NCBI GenBank assembly: GCA_030390025.1
Contig: CM059449.1
Location: 30,690,001-30,754,000, forward strand
Source of the DNA: Squalus acanthias
Taxonomy: Eukaryota
Reading direction: 5' to 3'
DNA length: 64,000 bases
Numbering within the stretch: the first letter of the stretch is position 1; every line of letters starts with the position of its first letter. Below the pieces are notes generated by a model. It had not been told where the DNA came from. It did no database searches and saw only the letters and a list, made by a program, of their open reading frames with translations. Position numbers and translations under genes: made by a program. Positions 12,795 to 23,120 of this stretch are shown piece after piece.

Positions 12795-15700
12795 CATAGC
12801 ATAGAGCATAGAAGATAGGAGCAGGAGTAGGCCATTCGGCCCCTCGAGCCTGCTCCGCCATTTAATGAGATCATGGCTGATCATCCAAATTCAGTATCCT
12901 GTTCCTGCTTTCTCCCCATATCCCTTTATCCCTTTAGCCTTAAGAAATATATCTATCTCCTTCTTGAATATATTTAATGAATTGGCCTCAACTGCCTTCT
13001 GTGGTAGAGAATTCCACAGGTTCACCACTCTCTGGGTGAAGAAATTCCTCCTCATCTCAGTCCTAAATGGCTTACCCCTTATCCTTAGACTGTGACCTCT
13101 GGTTCTGGACTCCCCCGCCATTGGGAACATCCTTCCTGCATCTAGTCTATCTAATCCTGTTACAATTTTATAAGTTTCAATGAGATCCCCTCTCATTCTT
13201 CTAAACTCTAGCGAATATTAGCCTAATCGACCCAATCTCTTTTCATACGTCATTCTTGCCATCCCAGGTATCAGTCTGGTGAATCTTCGCTGCACTCCCT
13301 CCATGGCAAAAACATCCTTCCTCAGATAAGGCGACCAAAACTGCACACAATACTCAAGGTGTGGTCTCACCAAGGCCTTGTACAACTGCAGCAAGACATC
13401 CTTGCTCCTGTACTCGAATCCTCTCGCTATAAAGGCCAACATACCATTTGCCTTCTTAACCGCCTGCTGCACCTGCATGCTTACCTTCAGCGACTGGTGC
13501 ACAAGGACTCCCAGATCTTGTTGCACTTCCCCTTTTCCCAATCTATTGCTGTTCAGATAATAATCTGTCTTCCTGTTTTTGCCACCAAAGTGGATAACCT
13601 CGCATTTATCCACATTATACTGCATCTGCCATGCATCTGCCCAATCACCCAACCTGTCCAAATCATACTGGAGTTTCTCTGCATCCTCCTCACAGCACAC
13701 ACGCCCACCCAGCTTTGTGTCGTCTGCAAACTTAGAGATATTACATCTAGTTCCCTCGTCCAGATCATTAATATATATTGTGAATAGCTGGGGTCCAAGG
13801 ACCGATCCCTGCGGTACCCCACTAGTCACTGCCTGCCACTCGGAAAAAGACCCGTTTATTCCAACTCTTTGCTTCCTGTCTGCCAACCAGTTCTCTATCC
13901 AAATCAGTACCTTACCCACAATCCCATGTGCTTTAACTTTGCACGCTAATCTCTTATGCGGGACCTTATCGAAAGCCTTTTGAAAGTCCAACTACACCAC
14001 ATCCACTGGTTCGCCCTTATCTATTCTACCAGTTACATCCTCAAAAAATTCAAGTAGATTAGTCAAGCATGATTTACCTTTTGTAAATCCATGTTGACTT
14101 TGTCTGATCCTGTCACTGTTTTCCAAGTGTTCTGCTATTACATCTTTTATAATGGACTCTAGCATTTTGCCCACTACCGATGTCAGGCTTACCTTTTTTT
14201 CTCTACCACCTTTTTTAATAGTGGGATTACATTAGCTACCCTCCAATCCATGGGAACTGTTCCAGAGTCTATAGAATTTTGAAAGATGACCAGCAATGCA
14301 TCTACTATTTCTAGGGCCACTTCCTTAAGTACCCTAGGATGTAGATTATCAGGCCCTGGGGATTTATCAGCCTTCAATCCCATCAATTTCCCTAACACCA
14401 TTTCCCTACAAATACTGATTTCATTCAATTCCTCCCTCTCATTAGACCATATGTTCCCCAACATCTCTGGGAGTTTATTTGTGTCCTCCTTTGTGAAGAC
14501 AGAACCAAAGTATGTATTTAATTGGTCTGCCATTTCTTTGTTCCCCATTATAAATTCCCCTGATTCTGACTGCAAGGGACCTATGCTTGACTTCACCAAT
14601 CTTTTTCTCTTCACATTTCTATAGAAGCTTTTACAGTCAGTTTTTATGTTTCCTGCAAGCTTACTCTCATATTCTATTTTCCCCCTCTTAATTAATCCCT
14701 TTGTCCTCCTTTGCTGAATCCTAAACTGCTCCCAATCCTCAGGTTTGCTGCTTTTTCTGGCCAATTTATATGTCCTCTCCTTGGATCTTATGCTATCCCT
14801 AATTTCCCTTGTTAGCCATGGTTGAGTCACCTTTTTTGTTTTATTTTTATGCCAAACAGGGATGAACAAATTCTGTAGTTCATCCATGTGATCTTTAAAT
14901 GTTTGCCATTGCCTATCCACCGTCAACCCTTTAAGTAACGCTCCCCAATCCATCCTAGCCAACTCGCGCCTCATACCATCATAGTTTCCTTTATTTAAAT
15001 TCAGGACCCAAGGGGGAAAAATTCAGTTGGTTGCACCTCCCGTTAGCGCCTTAAGAGGGCGCTAATGGGGCGCAAAGCAACTAGCACCTGGGCGCGGTGA
15101 TGTTTGCGCCGCTCGTGAAATTAACTAGACATTTTGCGGCAGTGCTAAACAGTACCGCCACGATCTCCTGTGCCGGCAGATCGTGACGTCAGTCGAGTGC
15201 GCAATGCCCCGGTAGCGCACTGGAGTGGATATTGAGTGGCGCCCCCTGCCTTACCACCTGCCACTAGCAACGACAGGTTGAGGGGAGCGTTTTGCAGTCA
15301 GGAAGGGACTGGGGGAGCGCTATTTAAAGGCTACAGCTTCCTGCCTTTTTTTGTTGGTGCCATTTTTGAACTACGCATTCTGAGAGAGAGAGGGAGAGAC
15401 TTCTGGAGAGATTCAACGTTGTGTGAAGGAGTTTTGGGTAATGAGCAGCACTTTGCAGGTTCATTTTGATTTGCCCTTCCTTGTATCGATTTAAAAGAGA
15501 CTGTGGGGGCTGCCTTCTGAGCTCTTTCCCTGGGCCTCTCCATTGTTCTTTCCAGCAGATTTGATGTACAGGTCTCTCCAGGCTGAGATTCAAGGCTGCA
15601 ATGAGCAGGATGTGGATGGAGAGCAAGATCAACCCTCCCCTTTAAGAACTGGGCGATGCCTTTGTGTCTGTGTTCCATTGCTGACTGACATTACATGAGC

Positions 15701-16142
15701 TTCGCCAGCGCTCTGAGGTAGCGCCTCGCTCCTCGGCCTTTGCGCCTTAAGACAGGTGTGAAGCGCCTGATTTAGCGCTCCAATCACCTCCAGGGGCGAT
15801 AAAAGTCAAGTTTGCAGTCGGATGCGATAATTAGCGCCAGGCGCTAATCTTTGCGCCCGGCCGATAATTGCGCCCCAAATGGGGCGATACTGAATTTCTC
15901 CCCCATAGCCTTCAGGCTTTTTTTATAACACTCTTAGTCCTTTTAGAATTACTATTTACTGTAGCCCTGTTTGATTTACACCCTTGATTTCTCTGCCTTC
16001 CACTTTTGTGTTTCTCCTTCCTGTCTTTTGCTTCTATCCTTGCTTCCCTTTGCTTTGTTTCTCTGCTCAGGTTCCCAACCCCCTGCCATTTTAGTTTAAA
16101 CCCTCCCCAACAGCACTAGCAAACACTGCCCCCAGGACATCG
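12795..16142 (-). mobile_element. Younger CR1 (family A) nested antisense, carrying a MITE and an internal deletion
   Basis: ORFs 12891-14974 are nearly identical to the CR1 at 23121-27280; CTATG-type tail at the left end; 15905-16142 matches the ORF1/ORF2 junction of the longer copy. Confidence 0.92.
15012..15904. mobile_element. Non-autonomous TIR DNA transposon (MITE, PIF/Harbinger-like)
   Basis: Termini GGGGGAAAAATTCAG ... CTGAATTTCTCCCCC, CpG-rich subtermini, no coding capacity; homologous to 22588-27632 in the opposite orientation. Confidence 0.8.
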
Positions 16143-18034
16143 GTAAGAGCCCATGGGATCCAGGGCAATTTGGCACATTGGATCCAAAATTGGCTTAGTG
16201 GCAGGAGGCAGAGGGTGATGGTCGAAGGTTGTTTTTGTGACTGGAAGCCTGTGTCCAGTGGTGTACCGCAGGGATCGGTGTTGGGTCCTTTGCTGTTTGT
16301 AGTGTACATTAATGATTTAGATATGAATGTAGGAGGTATGATCAGTAAGTTCGCAGATGACACGAAAATTGGTGGAGTGGTAAATAGCGAGGAGGGAAGC
16401 CTCAGGCTACAGGATGATATAGACGGGTTGGTCAGATGGGCAGAACAGTGGCAAATGGAATTTAACCCTGAAAAGTGTGAGGTGATGCATTTTGGGAGGA
16501 CTAACAAGGCAAGGGAATACACAATGAATGGTAGGACCCTAGGAAGGACAGAGGATCAGAGGGACCTTGGTGTGCATGTACATAGATCCCTGAAGGCAGC
16601 AGGACAGGTAGATAAGGTGGTTAAAAAGGCATATGGGATACTTGCCTTCATTAGCCGAGGCATAGAATATAAGAGCAGGGATGTTATGATGGAGCTGTAC
16701 AAAATGCTAGATAGGCCACAGCTGGAATACTGTGTGCAGTTCTGGTCGCCACACTATAGGAAGGATGTGATTGCATTGGAGAGGGTGCAGAGGAGATTCA
16801 CCAGGATGTTACCTGGGCTGGAGTGTTTCAGCTATGAAGAGAGACTGGACAGGCTGGGGTTGTTTTCCTTAGAGCAGAGAAGGCTGAGGGGGGACCTGAT
16901 TGAGGTGTACAAAATTATGAGGGGCATAGATAGGGTAGATAGAAAGGAACCTTTCCCCTTAGTAGAGGGGTCAATAACCAGGGGGCATAGTTTCAAGGTA
17001 AGGAGCAGGAGGTTTAGAGGGGATTTGAGGAAAAGCTTTTTCACTCAGAGGGTGGTTGGAATCTGGAACTCACTGCCTGAAAGGGTGGTAGAGGCAGGAG
17101 CACCTCACAACATTCAAGAAGCATTTAGATGAGCACTTGAAACACCATAGCATACAAGGCTACGGACCAAGTGCTGGAAAATGGGATTAGAATAGACAGA
17201 GCTTGATGGCCGGCGCAGACACGATGGGCCGAAGGGCCTCTTTTTGTGCTGTATAACTCTATGCCTCTATGACTTGCAGCCAATCCATACTCACTGCACA
17301 TCCTGGCAACTTGTCACGAGATCCATGACTCTCTGTGAAAAGATGTTCCTCCTGGCATCTGACCTACTGCTGAGGTTAAAGTTCAGCAGAGCGGGTCATG
17401 AATGGAACCTCAACGTTACACAACTGCTTCACAACACAGGAACTGGAGGGGGCCATTCAGCCCCTCGAGCCTGCTCCGCCATTCCCCTAGATCATGGCTG
17501 ATCTGTACCTCAACACCATTTCCCCGCCTTTGCTCCATATCCCCCGATACCCTTACCTAACACAAATCGATCTATCTCAGTCTTGAAAGCTCCAATTGAC
17601 CCCCAGCATCCACAGAGTTTTGGGGAAGAGTTTTCCAGATTTCTACCACCCTTGATGTGAAAAAGTGCTTCCTGATTTCACTCCTGGATGGCCAAGCTCT
17701 AACTTTAAGATAATGCCACCCTGTTCTGGATTCCCCCACCAGAGGATATTGTTTCTTTGAAACTCCCTCCCTAATCTTCTCCGCCTCTCTACCTCTCTCT
17801 CTCCTCCTTTAAGACGTTCCTGAAAACCATCCTCTTTGACCAAGCTTTTGGTCACCTGCCCTAATATCTCCTTATGTAGCTCAGTGTCAAATTTTGTTTG
17901 GTAATCGCTCCTGTGAAGCACCTTGGGACTTTTTAACGACGTTAAAGGCGTTGTATAAATACAAGTTGTTGTATCGACCTGGTCGAATCCTTTTCACATT
18001 GTAAATTGATTTGAGTATTAATTTTTCCACCAAG

Positions 18035-18310
18035 GTGTTTTCTTTGTCCAGGGAATGTGTGGCTGTGAAGTGAGCGGTGATAATTCCACGGACGGGTTTA
18101 TAAAGTTGGGATATGAGCGGGAGGATGCGTATGTTTTTGACAAGGACAGAACGCGTTGGATCGCGCTGAATCCAGAGTTCCAGGCGTTTGCGGATCGGTG
18201 GAATGCCAACACCTTCATGAACAAGTACTTCAAGGCTCTGTTGGAGAAGGACTGCGTGAAATGGCTGCTGATATACCTTGAGTGTGGGCGAGGAGCACTA
18301 GAGAGGATAG
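18035..18310 (+). CDS. MHC class I heavy chain, exon 3 (alpha2 domain)
   Basis: Acceptor CAAG at 18031-18034 gives phase 1 and 276 nt; donor GTACGT at 18311. Translation SVFFVQGMCGCE..GYERED..W..RW..LEKDCVKWLLIYLECG contains the C101-C164 pair, Q96, D122, W133, W147, W167 and Y171. Confidence 0.93.
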
Positions 18311-19184
18311 GTACGTTGTGGGAACGGCGACTGGGGGGGGGGGGGAGCGCTCCCGATGGCTCAGGTGGTACAGACCAGGTTTTTAGTCCCGGGTCTGTCC
18401 TGAGCCAGCTGTTCTTGGACAGGGTGGCAGTAAAGTGGAGCTGCAATTGGCCTGAATACCCCTTGCTTCGGGGCTGGCGGCGGGGGGGGGGGTGGGGGTA
18501 GGAATTCGGGCAGGTGACCTAAATCCGATGACTTACCCAGTCACCTTGGCTGGAAAGTGCCTGCACGTTGACATCGAGTGAGGATAGGATTAGAGTAAGC
18601 TGTGATACCCCCTTGGTTGAATAGCTTCCTCACTGTGTAGGCTCACCCGTGAACACTGGGTACTTGTGTGCGGTACAAGAGTGCGGCTTTACACAGAATT
18701 ACGTCGAATGTGCAGCGCGGGAAGAGGCTATTCGGCTCAACTGGTCTACGCCAGAGATTATGCTTCACACGAGCCTCCTCCCACCCCAATTCAGCGTATC
18801 CTTCCATTCCTTTCTCCCTCATGTGTTTATCCAGCTTCCCCTTAAAAGTATCTCTGTTATTTGCCTCAACCACTCCCTGTGGTAGCGAGTTCCACATTCT
18901 CACCACTCTCTGGGTAAAGAAGTTTCTCCTGAATTCCTTATTGGATTTATTAGTGACTATCTTATATTCATGGCCCCTAGTTCTGGTCTTGCCCACTCGT
19001 GGAAACATCTTCTCTACGTCTACCCTATCAAACCCTTTCATAATTTTAACGACCTCTATTAGGTCACCCCTCAGCCCTCTCTTTCCTAGTGCTGTATCTC
19101 AGCATCGGTCACCTGTCTCCAGCGGAGAAAGTTGATGGTGGTTGGGGAAAAGATAAAAGAACAAATAGAGAACTTCTCACGAAT

Positions 19185-20079
19185 ACAAAAAGTAAAATAC
19201 TGCGGATGCTGTAAATCTGAAATAAAAAGAGAAAAGGCTGGAAGTACTCAGCAGCATCTGTGGAGAGAGAAACAGAGTTAACGGCCCTGAAATTCGCCTC
19301 TCCGGCTTGCCGCGGGGGTAAGGATCGCGCGCGCACTTACCTACCGCGCCTGCCATTGACCTCTGGGCCCACAGGAACTTCAGCTCCTGGGACTCCTGCA
19401 GCTGCCGGCGCGCAGTGCTTGCGTGTTCCAGGGGCGCAGTTAGTGCGATGCGTCCCCTGGGATCACGTGGGCCATGGAGAGCCAATGGCAGCAGACCATC
19501 TTTCATTCATAGATTTGACAGGAAGACCTGTCAAATCTATGAATTGAAATCGGCCCCAAAAGAACAGCTAAACTTAAAATAATTTTTTTTAAAACATCAC
19601 ATTTATAAAATAACTATAAGTTAAATAAATTAACTACTTGAAACAAAACTTTAAATGTTTGAAAAAATTAAAATACTTTTTAACAGTGCTAAAAATAAAC
19701 TTAACTTTCTTTAAAGTATCTAAAAAAGATAAACCTGTTGAAAAAATTTTAAATTATAATTAATTAACCACTTACCTTGTTGAAAACGGGTCCTGTGCCT
19801 CCTTTTTAAAAGCGTAGGTTCTTCAATACTTACCCTCCCGGAGAAACCTGAAAAAAACCCTAAGTTTGCTGCGTGCGCCCAGCCTCTCCCGCTCACGCGG
19901 TTCACCTATGAACCGCCCCCTTCACCAGACCGGAAGTTCCGGTTTCCCGCGCATGCGCAGTGCATGCAGGAAACCGGCACTTCAGGACGCCTTACGGGTG
20001 AGTACACAGTGTGTACTCACCTGGGAAGGGCTGAATTTTTGGCCCAACGTTTCAGGTCGCTGACCTTTCATCAGAACTC
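19185..20079 (-). mobile_element. Penelope-type terminal repeat fragment with a minimal hammerhead ribozyme, split by a MITE
   Basis: Rejoining 20046-20079 with 19275-19279 gives, on the - strand, GAGTT-CTGATGA-A-AGGTC-AGC-GACCT-GAAA-CG-TT-AACTC: hammerhead core with stem I GAGTT/AACTC and stem II AGGTC/GACCT. Confidence 0.7.
19283..20045. mobile_element. MITE (PIF/Harbinger-like), second family
   Basis: Imperfect TIRs GGCCCTGAAATTCGCC ... GGGCTGAATTTTTGGCCC; 3 bp duplication AAC (19280-19282 and 20046-20048); GC-rich arms and a very AT-rich core. Confidence 0.8.
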
Positions 20080-20115
20080 GTCACTGACTTTAGTCTTTGT
20101 TTCACTCTCTCTCAG

Positions 20116-20388
20116 CCGCCCCTGAGGTGCTAATTGGGGATCGGAGCGACAGGGAGCGAGGGCTGAGGCTCTCCTGCCTCGTGACGGGCTTTTACCCACG
20201 GCCTATCGACGTGACCTGGCTGAGAAACGGCGAGGAGGTCCCCGACGTCGAATCCAGCGACCTGCTGCCCAACCAGGATGCGACGTTTCGGGTGATGAAA
20301 ACGATTGAGCTGAGCGGAGACGACGGGGAGAGATACTCCTGTCACATCGAGCACGCCAGCCTCCTGCTGGGGCTCGACGTACCCTGGG
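20116..20388 (+). CDS. MHC class I heavy chain, exon 4 (alpha3, C1-set Ig domain)
   Basis: Acceptor TCTCTCTCAG ending 20115, donor GTAAGT at 20389, 273 nt, phase 1/1. Motifs LSCLVTGFYPRPIDVTWLRNG, LLPNQDATF and YSCHIEHASL. Confidence 0.96.
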
Positions 20389-20524
20389 GTAAGTGGCAGG
20401 TTGGAGAGGGCCGCATGCTTCCCCGCGCCCCCCCCGTGCCTCGGGGTGCTCACTCAGTCCGCCCACTCGGAGCGGGAAGTCACAGGGTCCGAGGTAGCTG
20501 GTCTCACCTGTCAGGGTCACACAT

Positions 20525-22275
20525 GCTGCCATTATTTTTTATAAAAGGCGAGAGATTAGCAAATGTTGGGATTCAGAGGGATTTGGGGGTCCTTGTACAT
20601 GAATCGCAGAAAGTTAGCATGCAGGTATAGCAAGCAATTAGGAAGGCAAATGGTATGTTGGAATTATTGCAAGGGGATTGGAGTATAAGAAATCTTGCTG
20701 CAATTATATAGGGCTTTGTTGAGACCACACCTGGAGTAACATAGAAACATAGAAGATAGGAGCAGGAGTAGGCCATTCAGCCCCTTGAGCCTGCTCCGCC
20801 ATTCAATGAGATCATGGTTGATCATCCAAATTCAGTACCCTGTCCCTGCCTTTTCCCCATATCCCTTGATCCCTTTAGCCTTAAGAAATATATCTAACTC
20901 CTTTTTGAATATATTTAATGAATTGGCCTCCACTGCCTTCTGTGGTAGAGAATTCTACAGGTTCACCACTCTCTGGGTGAAGAAATTCCTCCTCATCTCT
21001 GTCCTAAATGGCTTACCCCTTATCCTTAGACTGTGACCACTGGTTCTGGACTCCCCGACCATCGGGAACATCCTTCCTGCATCTAGTCTGTCTAGTCCTG
21101 TTAGAATGTTATAAGTTTCAATGAGATCCCCTCTCATTCTTCTAAACTCCAGCGAGTATAAGCCCAATCGACTCAATCTCTCCTCATACGTCATTCCTGC
21201 CATCCCACGTATCAGCCTGGCGAATCTTCGCTGCACTCCCTCCACGGCAAGAACATCCTTCCTCAGATAAGGCGACCAAAACTGCACACAATACTCAAGG
21301 TGTGGTCTCACCAAGGCCCTGTACAACTGCAGCAAGACATCCTTGTTCCTGTATTCGAACCCTCTCGTTACGAAGGCCAACATACCATTTGCCTTCTTAA
21401 CTGCCTGCTGCACCTGCATGCTTACCTTCAGCGACTGGTGCACAAGGACACCCAGGTCTCGTTGCACTTCCCCTTCTCCCAATCTATTGCCATTCAGATA
21501 ATAATCTGCCTTCCCGTTTTTGACACCAAAGTGGATAACCTCGCATTTATCCACATTATAATGCATCTGCCATGATTCTGCCCAATCACCCAACCTGTCC
21601 AAATCATACTGGAGTTTTTCGGCATCCTCCTCACAGCACACACGCCCACCCAGCTTTGTGTCATCTGCAAACTTGGAGATATTACATCTAGTTCCATCGT
21701 CTAGATCATTAATATATATTGTGTACTGTGTACAGTTTTGGTTCCCTTACCTGAGAAGGATATACTTGCCTGAGAGGGGGTGCAACGAAGGTTCACCAGA
21801 TTGATTCCTGTGATGAGAGGGTTGTCCTATGAGAAGAGATTGTATAGAATGGGCCTATACTCTCTGGAGTTTAGAAGAATGAGAGGTGATCTCATTGAAA
21901 CGTATAAAATTCTTAGAGGCCTTCACAGGGTAGATGCTGAGAAGTTGTTTCCCCTGGCTGGAGAGTCTAGAACTAGGGGTCACGGTCTCAGGATAAGGGG
22001 GTCGGCCATTTAGGACTGAGATGAGGAGAAGTTTCTTCACTCAGAGGGTTGTGAATCTTTGGAATTCTCTGCCCCAGAGGGTTGTGGAGGCTCAGTCGTT
22101 GAGTATATTCAAAACTGAGATCGGTAGATTTTTGGGCACTAAGGAATCAAGGGATATGGCGATCGGGCGGGAAAGTGCAGTTGATGTAAAAGTTCAGCCA
22201 TGATCTCATTGAATGGCGGAGCAGGCTCGAGGGGCCGTATGGCCTACTCCTGCTCCGATTTCTTATGTTCTTATG
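20525..22275 (+). mobile_element. CR1 3' part, split by an antisense CR1
   Basis: CCTGGAGTA (20738) continues as GTACTGTGTACAG (21723); QRRFTRLIP..RVVNLWNSLPQ and TTCTTATG tail. Confidence 0.88.
20739..21722 (-). mobile_element. 5'-truncated CR1 family A, nested antisense
   Basis: ORF 20955-21641 encodes the RT C-terminus; (TTTCTATG) tail at the left end; GTA on both flanks. Confidence 0.92.
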
Positions 22276-23120
22276 ATTTCCTTGGGTGCTACAATGTAGA
22301 CCATGTCCAGCTGTTTCAGCTGGTCCACAACAGCAGAACGAGAGGACATGGCCTGTGCTTGAAGGGGGAATAAATTCAAAAGAGTCCTGCGGAAACAATA
22401 TTTGAGTGAGCGAGCGATCAGTCTGTGGAAGAGGCTCCCCAGGGAGATGGTGGAATCTGATAGTGTTTGATTCCTTCAAATGCAAATTGGAGAGATTTCA
22501 TTCAAAAAATAACATTTTTGGGATACAGTGTGTGAGTGATTTGAGACATGAGATGTGGTGAGTGTAGCAGGCTTGGGAAGGACAAGTGGGGGAGAAATTC
22601 AGTATCGCCCCGTTTGGGGCGCAATTATCGGCCGGGCGCAAAGCTTAGCGCCTGGTGCTTATTATCGCCTCCGACTGCAAACTTGGCTTCTATCGCCCCT
22701 GGCGGTGATTGGAGCGCCAAATCAGGCGCTACATACCTCTCTTAAGGTGCTAACCCCGAGGAGCGAGGCACTACCTCAGAGCGCTGGCGAAGCTCATGTG
22801 ATGTCAGTCAGCAATGGAACACAGACACACTGGCGCCGGCCAGTTCTTAAAGGGGAGGCTCGATCTTGCTCTCCATCCACACCCTGCTCATTGCAGCCTT
22901 GAATCTCGGCCTGGAGAGACCTGTACGTCAATTCTGCTGGAAAGAACAATGGAGAGGCCCAGGGAAAGAGCTCAGAGTGCAGCCCCCATCGTCTCTTCTA
23001 AATCGATGCAAGGAAGGTCAAATCAAAATGAACCTACAAAGTGCTGCTCAGTACCCAAAACTCCTTCACACAACGCTGAATCTCTCCAGAAGTCTCTCTC
23101 TCTCTTTCAGAATGCATGGT

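Larger units (their letters stand above)
12460..17270 (+). mobile_element. CR1 LINE (RT to 3' end), split into 12460-12794 and 16143-17270
   Basis: GTCAAGAAG (12794) continues as GTAAGAGCCCATGG (16143); ORF 16170-17132 has [14 protein letters not shown] and the CR1 C-terminus. Confidence 0.9.

Noticed and set aside
15236-15678. ORFs inside the MITE as a transposase
   Set aside because: Short, overlapping, with no DDE or Myb-like motif recognisable.
9747-20388. MHC class II or W-category chain
   Set aside because: Two groove exons plus one C1 exon in a single phase-compatible chain, with the alpha2 C101-C164 pair, is class I architecture.
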